Below are positions 37,728-47,428 of a stretch of DNA of 64,000 nucleotides, in pieces. Under the pieces are notes generated by a model. That model was not told the DNA's origin and made no database searches. It saw only the letters and a program-made list of their open reading frames with translations. Source of the DNA: Steroidobacteraceae bacterium (lineage in GTDB: Bacteria > Pseudomonadota > Gammaproteobacteria > Steroidobacterales > Steroidobacteraceae); the NCBI GenBank assembly GCA_035552975.1, contig DATNEN010000137.1:159-64158 (forward strand), written 5' to 3'. The number at the start of each line of letters is the position of its first letter. The stretch's first letter is position 1. A program made the translations under genes and the position numbers.

Positions 37728-39392
37728 TCACACTGTCGCGCGCCTGCGACTGAGCCATTCCTCCAAGCCGTTGGTCGAATGTCCGTGCAGGTGCAATCCC
37801 AGTTTCGTGCGGCGCCACAGGATGTCCTCGGCGTCGAGCGCGAACTCCTCTCTGCAGAGGTAGTCAGCTTCGCGCGCGAACAGCTGAGGGACGAGCTCCT
37901 CGCCCATGTCGGCAAGTGTCGTAGCGTCTTGAATCACGTGGTCGATGCGACTGCCGTATGCCCGTGCGTACCTCACGCGCAGCGGGGCTGGAAGCCATGG
38001 GTAGCGTCGCTCGAGTGTCCGCAGGAACACGGCGAAACTGTGCCCAGGAAGGTCGCCACCGGGCAGGAACGCGGTGCGGGTCCAGCCCGATGTCCGCGTG
38101 GCAACGCCCGTTTGCCGAACGAGCCGGTCGACGGCGGTCTCGGCCAACTTGCGGTAGGTGGTGATCTTGCCGCCGAAAACGGAGAGCAAGGGGGCCGGAT
38201 GAGTATCCAGCTCGAGTACGTAGTCGCGTGTCACGCTCGCGGGGTCGGTCACCTCGTCATCCAGCAAGGGGCGCACCCCCGAATACGTCCACGCGATCTC
38301 TGCAGCGTCTATCTGCCGTACGAAGTATCGGTTCGCGATATCGCACAGATAGGCGATCTCCTGCCGATCGATGTGCGCCTGCTGTGGCTCGCCGTGGTAG
38401 TCGACGTCCGTTGTGCCGATGAGCGTGAATTCGCGCTCGTAGGGAATCGCGAACACGATCCGGCGGTCGCGGTTCTGGAAGATGTAGGCGAAGCGGTGCG
38501 AGAACAGCTTCGGCACGACGATGTGGCTGCCCTTGACGAGCCGTATGCGGTGGCTCGCCTTGACGGGGGATTGGTTCTCGATGAACTGGGTCACCCAGGG
38601 ACCGGTAGCGTTGACCACCGCACGGGCGCGAACGACCTCGCTCTCGCGGGCACCGTCGCCGTCGCGGCCGCCTGGGCCACGCGTGGTACAGTCGGGGCTC
38701 CGTGTGGTGAGCCTCGCTGTCCACTCTCCGTCAAGGGCCTCGAGCCGCTCAACGCGCGTGCGCGTACGCACGGTCGCTCCATGCCCGACGGCGTCTAGCG
38801 CATTCAGTACGACCAGACGGGCATCGTCGGTCCACCCGTCCGAGTAGACGAATCCACGGGTAAATTGCGGCGCGAGCGCCGCACCTGCAATGTGCTTTCT
38901 GAGGTCGATGGCTGCCGAGGCGGCGAGGCGCTTGCGGGGAGCAAGATGGTCGTAGAGAAACAACCCCGTGCGGATCATCCACATCGGCCGCAGGTGCTGA
39001 TCGTGCGGCATGACGAAGTGCAGCGGTCGCATGATATGCGGCGCGGCATTCAACAGGATCTCGCGCTCCATGAGAGCCTTGCGGACCAGCGCGAAGTGCA
39101 AGTCCTCCAGGTACCGCAGTCCGCCGTGAATCAGCTTGGTGCTGGCGGAGGACGTATGGGCCGCAAGGTCGTCCTGCTCACACAGCAGAACCGACAGCCC
39201 CCGCCCGGCGGCATCCCGCGCGATGCCCGTGCCGTTGATCCCGCCGCCGACAATCAGAAGATCGTAGCGCTCACGCGGTGGTGCGTTCGGGGTCGGGGAC
39301 GCCGGCGGGGTGCTTGCGCCGGTAATAGTCGGGGTAGTCGTCGCTGAGGCCTTTGAACCGGCGATGGATCCAGAGGTATTGCTCAGGGGCAT
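37728..39392 (-). CDS. glpD: FAD-dependent glycerol-3-phosphate dehydrogenase
   Basis: YDLLIVGGGINGTGIARDAAGRGLSVLLCEQDDLAAHTSSASTKLIHGGLRYLE and the rest align with E. coli GlpD. The only canonical start is ATG 39392, giving a 41-aa S/T/P-rich leader that overlaps the lpxL-like 3' end. Confidence 0.85.
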   Translation of the reverse strand: MPLSNTSGSIAGSKASATTTPTITGASTPPASPTPNAPPRERYDLLIVGGGINGTGIARDAAGRGLSVLLCEQDDLAAHTSSASTKLIHGGLRYLEDLHFALVRKALMEREILLNAAPHIMRPLHFVMPHDQHLRPMWMIRTGLFLYDHLAPRKRLAASAAIDLRKHIAGAALAPQFTRGFVYSDGWTDDARLVVLNALDAVGHGATVRTRTRVERLEALDGEWTARLTTRSPDCTTRGPGGRDGDGARESEVVRARAVVNATGPWVTQFIENQSPVKASHRIRLVKGSHIVVPKLFSHRFAYIFQNRDRRIVFAIPYEREFTLIGTTDVDYHGEPQQAHIDRQEIAYLCDIANRYFVRQIDAAEIAWTYSGVRPLLDDEVTDPASVTRDYVLELDTHPAPLLSVFGGKITTYRKLAETAVDRLVRQTGVATRTSGWTRTAFLPGGDLPGHSFAVFLRTLERRYPWLPAPLRVRYARAYGSRIDHVIQDATTLADMGEELVPQLFAREADYLCREEFALDAEDILWRRTKLGLHLHGHSTNGLEEWLSRRRATV

Positions 39393-40218
39393 TCCGGACT
39401 TGAGCTTCGATCAGCTGATGGAAGCGCGCAGTATCCGCCGCCGGGGACTCGCTGGGAAAGTTTTTGAACGGCGGGTGGACGATGGCGCGATAACCCTGCG
39501 TGCCGGCAAGGCGCTCGACGAAGAACGGCAGCACCGTTGCACCGGTCATTTTTGCAAGGCGCGAGGTGAAGGTATTCGAGGCCGCAGGAATGCCGAACAT
39601 CGGGACCATCTCGGCACCCTTTTTGCGGTAGGCCTGGTCCGGCGCGTAATAGACGCAGCCGTTGCTCTTGAGCGCGGAGATCAGAGCGCGGATGTCGTCC
39701 CGCGCGATCGATGTCCCGCCGTGCCGCGAGCGGCACCGGCCCAGGAACCAGGCCAGGACGGCGTTCTTCGAGGGCCGATACATGATGTTCAGCGGGACCA
39801 CGCGCGCGAGAATGCGGCCGCCCATGTCCATCGGCGTAAAGTGCGCCGTGAGCAGGATGACCCCCTTGCCGAGGGCGAGCGCCGCCTCGATGTGTTCGCG
39901 TCCCTCGACCTTTACAATCCGGTCGATATCCTGCGCGCAGCGCCACCACGCCAGCGGGGCCTCGAGCAGCGCGATCCCGAGGCTCTGGAAGTGGCGGTCG
40001 AGGAGCTGCTCGCGCTCGAAGGCGCTCAGCTCGGGCATGCACAGCTCGATGTTGCGGCGGGCGATGCGAATGAACCGCAACGGCAAGTGGCGCATCGCGA
40101 AGCCCAGCGCGGAGCCGACGCGCAGCAGCGCGTTGTAGGGCAGGCCCGCCAGCAGCCGCAGGAGGAGCATGCCGGCCCACGTGGGCCAGTAGTGAGGCGA
40201 TAGCAAGCGCAGGCGCAT
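39271..40218 (-). CDS. Lipid A biosynthesis (Kdo)2-lipid IVA acyltransferase (LpxL/LpxM/HtrB family)
   Basis: 315 aa. N-terminal TM anchor, HFQSLG…, the TAHFTPMDMGG (HX4D-type) acyltransferase motif, and PEQYLWIHRRFK at the C-terminus. Confidence 0.8.
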   Translation of the reverse strand: MRLRLLSPHYWPTWAGMLLLRLLAGLPYNALLRVGSALGFAMRHLPLRFIRIARRNIELCMPELSAFEREQLLDRHFQSLGIALLEAPLAWWRCAQDIDRIVKVEGREHIEAALALGKGVILLTAHFTPMDMGGRILARVVPLNIMYRPSKNAVLAWFLGRCRSRHGGTSIARDDIRALISALKSNGCVYYAPDQAYRKKGAEMVPMFGIPAASNTFTSRLAKMTGATVLPFFVERLAGTQGYRAIVHPPFKNFPSESPAADTARFHQLIEAQVRNAPEQYLWIHRRFKGLSDDYPDYYRRKHPAGVPDPERTTA

Positions 40219-40234
40219 GGGCTTACGCGAATAG

Positions 40235-41854
40235 TTGGAATGTATGAATCAAACCAAGACCCCGGGCGCATTGTACGTTGAAGTCAAACTGCGAAATGTG
40301 CGTTTGGTCAGGAACGAGCGGGTTATTTTGCGCGACGTCGATTGGCGCATCCGTCCGGGGGAACGTTGGGTGCTCGCCGGCGGCAATGGTGCCGGCAAGA
40401 CTCAACTCATGAAGATCCTGGCCGGTTCCGTGTGGCCCACTCCAACAGGGCGTGAGACGCGGTCTTATCGGTGGCGCGACGAGACCTTTTCCACGCCGTT
40501 TGAAGTCAAGGACGAGATCGGCTACCTCGGGCCCGAGCGGCAGGATAAATACGCGCGCTACGGCTGGAATCACACTGTCGAGCAGATCGTCGGCACCGGA
40601 CTGTATCGCACCGACATCCCGTTGGACGCGCTCGCCGCGGCGGATCGGAGACGCGTCGCCGCGCTGCTGGGGCGGTTGGGGATCGCGGCACTGGCGGGGC
40701 GTCGCTTCCTGTCTCTTTCCTACGGCGAGCGGCGTCTGACGTTACTCGCGCGGACGCTCGCCTCCGGTGCCAAGCTGTTGTTATTGGACGAGTTGTTGAA
40801 CGGTCTGGATGACACGAACCGCACGCGGGCGCTGCGTTGGCTGCAACAGACAACCCGCTCCCAGCTGCCGTGGGTCCTGACGACCCACAGGGTCGAGGAT
40901 GTGCCTGAGTGCGTGACTCACGTGCTGGTGTTGGAGGAGGGCCGTGTCGTCTACCGCGGGAAGGTCGGAGCCGGCGGAAAGGGACTGTGGGCGCCGATGC
41001 GGCGCTGGCTGCACTCCGATCACGATCGGCCGGCCTCCGCGACGTCTGTGACCTCCGCGATGGCCATGCTGCCCACTACGGCCGCCACGGCCAAGGCGCT
41101 CGGCCAGCCGCGGCGCAAGCTCGCCACCAGGCGGGCGGGCCGTCCGCTCGTGCGCCTCATCAATGCCTCCGTCTACCTGGACGAGCACGTCGCGCTCGAG
41201 AGGATTTCGTTCGAGGTGCGTAAGGGCGAGTGCTGGGTCGTGCATGGGAGCAACGGGTCGGGTAAGACCACGCTGCTGCGCACCCTCTACGGCGACCACG
41301 GCGTCGCGGTCGGAGGGAGTGTCGAGCGGGCGGGCATCGTGCCCGGTGTGCCGCTGCAGTCGTTCAAGACGCGAGTCGGACTCGTCGCGCCGCATCTGCA
41401 GACCGATCACCCTCAGGAGCTGACGGTCGCCGAGGTCGTGCAGTCCGGGCGGCATGCGAGCATTGGGCTGAATGATCCTGCGACGGCCGCGGATCGGGCG
41501 GCCGCCAGACGGACACTGGCCTTCTTCGGCCTCTCTCATCTGGCCGCCCGGACGCTCGTCGAGCTCTCCTACGGTCAGATGCGCCGCGTCCTCTTCGCCC
41601 GGGCCTGGGTGCGCCGTCCGCAACTGCTGCTGCTGGATGAGCCCTTTGCCGGAGTGGATGGCCCGACGCGGCGCGAGCTGCTCGCGCATCTGGAAACGCT
41701 TCTGGCACAGGGGGCGGCCGTCGTGATGGCGACGCATCATCGTTCGGAGTGGCCGGTCTCCGCCACACACGAGCTGCAGCTTGTCGGTGGGCGCGCGCGC
41801 TTTTGCGGTCCGGTACGATCCGCGCACGGCAAACTGCATGGAGAGTCGAGGTAG
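40235..41854 (+). CDS. Soluble tandem-ABC ATPase (ModF-like), no transmembrane domain
   Basis: Two nucleotide-binding domains: Walker A GGNGAGKT and GSNGSGKT, signature LSYGERR and LSYGQMR, Walker B LLLLDE twice. Confidence 0.8.
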   Translation: MECMNQTKTPGALYVEVKLRNVRLVRNERVILRDVDWRIRPGERWVLAGGNGAGKTQLMKILAGSVWPTPTGRETRSYRWRDETFSTPFEVKDEIGYLGPERQDKYARYGWNHTVEQIVGTGLYRTDIPLDALAAADRRRVAALLGRLGIAALAGRRFLSLSYGERRLTLLARTLASGAKLLLLDELLNGLDDTNRTRALRWLQQTTRSQLPWVLTTHRVEDVPECVTHVLVLEEGRVVYRGKVGAGGKGLWAPMRRWLHSDHDRPASATSVTSAMAMLPTTAATAKALGQPRRKLATRRAGRPLVRLINASVYLDEHVALERISFEVRKGECWVVHGSNGSGKTTLLRTLYGDHGVAVGGSVERAGIVPGVPLQSFKTRVGLVAPHLQTDHPQELTVAEVVQSGRHASIGLNDPATAADRAAARRTLAFFGLSHLAARTLVELSYGQMRRVLFARAWVRRPQLLLLDEPFAGVDGPTRRELLAHLETLLAQGAAVVMATHHRSEWPVSATHELQLVGGRARFCGPVRSAHGKLHGESR

Positions 41855-43011
41855 TGAAGCGCTTCGCCCCCGGGGTGAGCATAGGTGTCCTGGGGGTCGT
41901 GGTCCTGTGCATGCTGATCGTGGCCCGCCAGCCTGAGTGCTGGATCCGATACGTCCGAGCCCTCGTGCAGGGTCCGGATGTGCCCTTATCGTTCTACCAG
42001 CCGCTCGAGCGGGTGGAAGGCGGTAACCGGCCGCCCGCGCCGCGGGTGGCCCCCGCCCTGGAGATGCTGAATGCAGGTCCGCTGCAGGAGGCGGCTGACT
42101 ACGCGGCGAAATCCGATTCGAAAGCGCTCATCGTGACGCGCCACGGGCACATCGTGTTCGAGCGCTACTGGCATGGTTCTGACTTCAATACCCTGCTCGA
42201 CTCGCAGTCGTTCATGCGCACCTTGAACGCGGTGCTGGTGGGAGTCGCGATCGATTCGCGCAAGATCGGTTGGCCGGATGAGCCCATCGGGTACCTCATT
42301 CCGCAATGGAGCCACGACCCGCGCGGTGCGATCACCGTTCGCAACCTTCTGCAGATGTCCAGCGGCCTGGCTCCGGCTGGGGCTCACGCACCCTTCGGCA
42401 CCGATATCGCCAGCGAGGCCCTGCAGCGCAAGCGGGTGGGCACCCCGGGATCGAGCTGGGCCGACCAGCCTGCAGACACCGATCTGCTCGCGATGGCTCT
42501 CGAGCGGGCCACGAAGGAGCGCTACGCCCAGTACCTGTCGGATGCATTGTGGAGGCGGCTGGGCGCGGCTGACGCCTGGCTGTGGCTGGATCGCACGGGG
42601 GGAATGGCGCACGCGGACTGCTGTCTGATTGCACGGCAGGGCGATTGGGTCCGCCTGGGTGAGCTGCTGGCCGAAGGCGGGCGATTCGAAGGGGACGAGG
42701 TGGTGGCGCCGAAGTGGGTCGCGCAGATGCTCGTACCGGCGAAGGGCAATTCGAGCTACGGCAGCAGCTTGAAACTGAAGGCCGGGAAGGCTGCGGAGGC
42801 GTACGCTTTGCCGGATGTGTTCGAGGTCGAGGGTCGTGGCAATCGGATGTGGCTGGTACCCTCGATGTCCCTGGTGATTCTGCGCACCGGCGGCACGCTC
42901 CCGGGCGACTGGGACGACTCGCGCATTCCGAACCTCATTATTCGTGGTGCGCGCGACTATGTCCCGCCGCCCCGCCCCGGGGACCTCAGAAGCCTCGTCC
43001 CCAACCACTGA
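41854..43011 (+). CDS. Beta-lactamase-fold serine hydrolase family protein (possibly non-canonical active site)
   Basis: GTG 41854 shares one nt with the ModF-like TAG. N-terminal TM or signal anchor. ALIVTRHGHIVFERYW…, LLQMSSGL. The SxxK position reads S-F-M-R. Confidence 0.65.
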   Translation: MKRFAPGVSIGVLGVVVLCMLIVARQPECWIRYVRALVQGPDVPLSFYQPLERVEGGNRPPAPRVAPALEMLNAGPLQEAADYAAKSDSKALIVTRHGHIVFERYWHGSDFNTLLDSQSFMRTLNAVLVGVAIDSRKIGWPDEPIGYLIPQWSHDPRGAITVRNLLQMSSGLAPAGAHAPFGTDIASEALQRKRVGTPGSSWADQPADTDLLAMALERATKERYAQYLSDALWRRLGAADAWLWLDRTGGMAHADCCLIARQGDWVRLGELLAEGGRFEGDEVVAPKWVAQMLVPAKGNSSYGSSLKLKAGKAAEAYALPDVFEVEGRGNRMWLVPSMSLVILRTGGTLPGDWDDSRIPNLIIRGARDYVPPPRPGDLRSLVPNH

Positions 43012-43022
43012 ACGGACGTGTT

Positions 43023-44222
43023 TTGAACAAGCGACTCCTGGCTCTCTTCCTCGTCAGCGTCATCGACATCCTGGGGTTCGGGATCCTCATCCCCCTGGTG
43101 CCCTACATGGGCGATCGCTTCGGGGTGCCCGCCCAGTGGATCACCCCGATACTCGGCGCGTATTCGCTGTTCCAGTTCCTGTCGGCGCCCATGTGGGGCC
43201 GCCTCAGCGACCGCTACGGGCGGCGCATGATCCTGATGACGAGCTTGAGCGGCGCGTGCGTCTCGTACGTGATGCTCGGCCTGGCTGACAACGTCTGGTG
43301 GCTGATCGCTTCGCGGGTGCTGGGCGGCTTCATGGCGGGCAATATTGCCGCCGCGTTCGCCTACGCATCGGATGTGAGCGAGCCGCGCAATCGAGCCGCT
43401 TCGCTGGGCTTGATCGGCGCGGCCATCGGCATCGGCTTCACGGTAGGCCCCGCGGTCGGTGGCGTCCTGGCCGGCAACGACATCACCACTGCGAACTTCG
43501 TTCGACCCGCGGTTGTGTCGGCATGCCTCAGTGTGCTGGCGATCGGGCTCGTCGCGTTCGTTCTGCCGGAAAGCAACACGGCAGCGTTCCGGGAGCAACA
43601 CGCTGCACGCTCGCGATCCAGCGCGCTACGGCTGCTGCTGGAGCGGCCGCCGCTGCGGTTCATTGCGTGTGCCACATTGCTGGTGACCAGCTCGCAGTCG
43701 ATGCTGGAGTCGATCTTTGCGATCTGGGCGCTGAACAAGTTCGGCTTCGGACCCCGAACCGTCGGCCTGCTGTTGTTCTGCTTTGCCTCGCTCGCCGTGC
43801 TGACCCAGGGAGGGCTGGTGCGCGCTCTGGTTCCGCGCCTGGGCGAGCCGCGCCTGGCGCAGATCGGAATCCTCGCGTACGTCGTGGGACTGGTGCTGGT
43901 CGGAGAGGCGCCGAACTGGGTGGCGACTGCCCTGGGCCTGGCACTATGCGGCGTCGGTACCGGGTCCTTCAGCCCGAGCGCTTCGGCGCTCGCCTCCAGG
44001 CAGTCCAGCGATCACGACCGGGGTGCGGTGATGGGCACCTACCAGTCGAGCAGCAGCCTTGCGCGTGTGATCGGTCCCTTCGTCTCCGGGCCCGTCTATG
44101 CCGTGTTCGGGCCGAGCGCTCCCTATCTTCTGGGGGCGCTCGTGGCCCTGCCAGCGGTGTGGTTCGTGTGGCGCGTGCGGTCTCAGAGCTCGATCTCGGT
44201 TTCGAAGATCGACACCGCCTGA
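43023..44222 (+). CDS. MFS transporter (DHA1 / TCR-Tet-like)
   Basis: TTG 43023 lies 12 nt after the hydrolase stop. LLALFLVSVIDILGFGILIPLVPY… and GRLSDRYGRR (MFS motif A). 12 TM segments. Confidence 0.8.
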   Translation: MNKRLLALFLVSVIDILGFGILIPLVPYMGDRFGVPAQWITPILGAYSLFQFLSAPMWGRLSDRYGRRMILMTSLSGACVSYVMLGLADNVWWLIASRVLGGFMAGNIAAAFAYASDVSEPRNRAASLGLIGAAIGIGFTVGPAVGGVLAGNDITTANFVRPAVVSACLSVLAIGLVAFVLPESNTAAFREQHAARSRSSALRLLLERPPLRFIACATLLVTSSQSMLESIFAIWALNKFGFGPRTVGLLLFCFASLAVLTQGGLVRALVPRLGEPRLAQIGILAYVVGLVLVGEAPNWVATALGLALCGVGTGSFSPSASALASRQSSDHDRGAVMGTYQSSSSLARVIGPFVSGPVYAVFGPSAPYLLGALVALPAVWFVWRVRSQSSISVSKIDTA

Positions 44223-45091
44223 CCGATGATCCACACACCATCCAGCGCGCCCTCCTTGAAATCCAACTCCACCTGAACTCGTCCGGGGCGGTGCACGTAG
44301 TGCCCCTGCACACCCGTGAAGGTTGCACGGTTCTGGTTGGGAGTGAGCACCCCGTGACGGGAGAGGTAGGCGCCCAGGAGCCCGTGAGCGTTGCCGCTGA
44401 CCGGATCCTCCACGATGCCGAGCGCCGGGCAGAACATGCGCGACTCCGTCAGATGATCTGCGGCGGGAGTGAGTGTGAAGACGAAGTAGCCGGCGGCTCC
44501 AATCTGCGCCGAGAGAGTCGTCAGTCGGTTGACGTCGGGCTTGAGATGCTTCAACGGCTCCTGCCCGCGCACTCCGACGATCAGTCGTGTGCTGCTGGAA
44601 CCGACGATCCGCAGGGGACAACGAGGATCGATGTCGTCGGTTGCCAGTGCCAGCGCATCCAGCACCGCCAATCGCTCGCGATCGTTCAGCTCGCGCCCGA
44701 CCGGAGGAGGGCTCTGGCGAATGGCAATGCTGCGCTCCACTCCGTCGCCGCGGATCTCGACATGGACGACGCCAGCTTTGGACTTCTGGCGGGCGCGCAT
44801 CGGCGAGCCGTGTCGGCGCGACAGCACGTAGTGCGCGGCGACGGTGGCATGTCCTACGAACCCGACCTCCGTTCGCGGGGTAAAGAATCTAGCCCGTAGA
44901 TCGTGGTCGGTTCCTTCGCCGTCGAGAATGAACGCGGTATCCGCGTTGTTCAGCTCACGAGCGACCGCGAGCATCTGTGCCTCGGTGAGGTCGTTCGCAT
45001 TGAGCACCACCCCCGCGGGATTCCCTGTGAAGCGTTCGCGGGTGAACGCATCGACCTGATGGACCTGGATCTTGCGCGTCATCGTAATCAA
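44183..45091 (-). CDS. PhzF-family isomerase/epimerase
   Basis: VHQVDAFTRERFTGNPAGVV…ELNNADTAFI and the FTPRTEV…GHAT and CGNA-like (VSGNA) motifs. Convergent 40-nt overlap with the MFS gene. Confidence 0.85.
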   Translation of the reverse strand: MITMTRKIQVHQVDAFTRERFTGNPAGVVLNANDLTEAQMLAVARELNNADTAFILDGEGTDHDLRARFFTPRTEVGFVGHATVAAHYVLSRRHGSPMRARQKSKAGVVHVEIRGDGVERSIAIRQSPPPVGRELNDRERLAVLDALALATDDIDPRCPLRIVGSSSTRLIVGVRGQEPLKHLKPDVNRLTTLSAQIGAAGYFVFTLTPAADHLTESRMFCPALGIVEDPVSGNAHGLLGAYLSRHGVLTPNQNRATFTGVQGHYVHRPGRVQVELDFKEGALDGVWIIGQAVSIFETEIEL

Positions 45092-45159
45092 CCCGCGTAC
45101 AGCGAGGCTGGCGATTCTAGTCCTATCCCGCGGCCAGTAGTGCTAGCATGTGCGCCGCC

Positions 45160-45256
45160 ATAAAACCTTGGGGTGGCCCTGATGCGGGCCTGAGACGTCG
45201 GAGACACCGGCGAACCCGTTGAACCTGATCCGGTTAATACCGGCGTAGGGAGCAGG
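45160..45256 (+). promoter_or_regulatory. TPP (THI-box) riboswitch
   Basis: CCUUGGGGUGGCCC…GCCUGAGA…ACCCGUUGAACCUGAUCCGGUUAAUACCGGCGUAGGGAGCAGG carries all conserved THI-element blocks (GGGGUG, CUGAGA, ACCC..GAACCUGAUC, UAAUACC, GCGUAGGGA). The 3' P1 strand AGGGAG doubles as the Shine-Dalgarno of the GTG at 45258. Confidence 0.9.
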
Positions 45257-45257
45257 T

Positions 45258-47417
45258 GTGCCGTCGCATCTCAGAACGCGTTTTTTTGATCGAGGACTTG
45301 CCTTGGGCCTTGCCCTGTGTGCACCCCTCGCCTGGGCGCAGCAGCAGTCCCCGCCTGAGGAGGTCGTGGTGACGGCGACCCTGCGGCCGCAGCCGCAGAT
45401 CTCCGTTCCTGCCAGTGTGTCGGTGCTGGACAGTACGACGCTGCAGGACGCGGGGCAGCAGCACCTGGAGGACGTCCTGCCGCTGGTGCCCAATCTGAAC
45501 TGGGCCGGGGATACGAATCGGCCGCGCTATTTCCAGATCCGGGGCATCGGAGAGCTGGAGCAGTACCAGGGCGCGCCCAATCCGTCCGTGGGGTTCCTGA
45601 TCGACGATATCGACTTCAGCGGACTGGGCAGTGCCGGAACGCTGTACGACCTGGGCAGCATCGAGGTGCTGCGCGGCCCCCAGGCGGCGCGCTACGGAGC
45701 CAACGCGCTCGCCGGTCTGATCTATCTGCGCAGTCCCGAGCCGACGGATACGCTCACCGGTCAGCTGGATCTGGAGGGCGGGGACTACGATACGCACTCG
45801 GTCGGTGCCGTCGCGAGCGGTCCGGTCGCCTCGCTCGATTCCGGGTTCAGGCTGGCCGCGCAGTACTATTCCAGCGACGGCTACTATCACAACCTCTATC
45901 TGAATCGCGACGACACCAACCGCCGCCACGAGCTGACGCTGCGCGGCCGCTGGGTCTACACGCCCACCGAGCGACTGCGGATCGATGTGACGGCGCTGCA
46001 CGTGCAACTCGATGACGGCTACGACGCCTTCGCTATCGACAACTCGCGCAACACGGAGTCGGACGATCCGGGTGTGGACCGGCAGCACTCCACCGGTGCC
46101 GCGGTGCACGTGCACTATGCGCTGGACCACGATCTTGCGCTTACGGCTATCGGCACTTACGCCAGGACGCTCGTGACCTACAGCTTCGACGGCGATTGGG
46201 GCAATGCGGTCCTGTGGGCACCGGTCACGGATCTCTACAACTTCACGGAAGTGCAGGAACGCCATCGCACGACGCGCAGCTTCGAGCTGCGGCTCGGCAC
46301 CGAGTCGACCCGCGGGTTCTCCTGGCTCATCGGGCTGTATGCCAACCAACTCGATGAGAGCCTGATCGATACCAACCTAGGCGCCTATGACGACGTGGTG
46401 TACGGCACGGGCCTGGAGCAGACGGATACGGTGGTCGCCAGCGGCTATCGGGCGCGTAACGGCGCGTTGTACGGCGAGATGGACGGCGATCTCACGCATG
46501 CGCTCCACTGGTCGGTCGGTTTGCGGGGCGAGCGTTGGACGGCCGCCTACGACGCCACGACCACCGATTACATCGGCGGCACGGTCGCTCCGGCAGATCT
46601 GCATCCCTCCAACACCCTGTGGGGCGGACAGGCTTCGCTCACTTACGATCTGGCGCCTTCCGAGTCCCTCTACTGGCAGGTCGCGCGCGGCTACAAAGCC
46701 GGCGGCTTCAACCTCAGCCAGGGCTTGTTGCCGAACCAGTTGTTCTACGCGCCCGAGACGGACTTGAATTTCGAGGTCGGGCTCAAGGCGGATCTGCTGC
46801 AGCACCGCCTGCGGGTGAACACGGACGTGTTCTACCTGCAGCGGCACGATGCGCAGATCAAGACGAGCTTCCAGAGCGATCCCTCCGATCCGAATACGTT
46901 CAGCTTCTACACGGGTAATGCCGCCCGAGGTCACAACTACGGGCTGGAGGGCGACGTTCAGTGGCGCGCGACCGAACACGTCGAGCTGGGCGCGTCGCTG
47001 GGCCTGTTGCGCACCTACTTCGAGGACTTCGTGCAGCAGGGCGCGGATGGAACCACTTTGCTGTCGGTGTCGCGGGAGCTGGCGAATGCGCCGCATTGGC
47101 AGGCGGCGGTCAACGCGACCTACCGCGCGGCGAATGGGGCATTCGCACGGCTGGACCTCACCGGCATGGGGTCGTACTACTTCGATCTGCCTCCCAACGA
47201 GACGCGCTCCAGCGCCTATGGCCTGGTGAACGCCAAGATCGGCTGGGAGAGTGCCCGCTGGTCCGCCTATCTGTGGGGCCGGAACCTGCTGAACAAGAAC
47301 TATCCCGTGCGGGGGTTCTTCTTCGGAGATGAGCCCCCGGACTTCAACAACAAGCTGTACATCCAGCTCGGCGATCCGCGCACCTTCGGCGCCAGCGTGC
47401 GCTATTCGTTCAAGTAG
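45258..47417 (+). CDS. TonB-dependent outer-membrane receptor (TPP-riboswitch controlled; presumed thiamine or thiamine-precursor uptake)
   Basis: Signal peptide, TonB-box-like EEVVVTA, plug domain (IEVLRGPQAARYGANALAGLI), and a 22-strand-type C-terminal barrel ending …FGASVRYSFK. Confidence 0.85.
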   Translation: MPSHLRTRFFDRGLALGLALCAPLAWAQQQSPPEEVVVTATLRPQPQISVPASVSVLDSTTLQDAGQQHLEDVLPLVPNLNWAGDTNRPRYFQIRGIGELEQYQGAPNPSVGFLIDDIDFSGLGSAGTLYDLGSIEVLRGPQAARYGANALAGLIYLRSPEPTDTLTGQLDLEGGDYDTHSVGAVASGPVASLDSGFRLAAQYYSSDGYYHNLYLNRDDTNRRHELTLRGRWVYTPTERLRIDVTALHVQLDDGYDAFAIDNSRNTESDDPGVDRQHSTGAAVHVHYALDHDLALTAIGTYARTLVTYSFDGDWGNAVLWAPVTDLYNFTEVQERHRTTRSFELRLGTESTRGFSWLIGLYANQLDESLIDTNLGAYDDVVYGTGLEQTDTVVASGYRARNGALYGEMDGDLTHALHWSVGLRGERWTAAYDATTTDYIGGTVAPADLHPSNTLWGGQASLTYDLAPSESLYWQVARGYKAGGFNLSQGLLPNQLFYAPETDLNFEVGLKADLLQHRLRVNTDVFYLQRHDAQIKTSFQSDPSDPNTFSFYTGNAARGHNYGLEGDVQWRATEHVELGASLGLLRTYFEDFVQQGADGTTLLSVSRELANAPHWQAAVNATYRAANGAFARLDLTGMGSYYFDLPPNETRSSAYGLVNAKIGWESARWSAYLWGRNLLNKNYPVRGFFFGDEPPDFNNKLYIQLGDPRTFGASVRYSFK

Positions 47418-47428
47418 GAGATCGTGTC

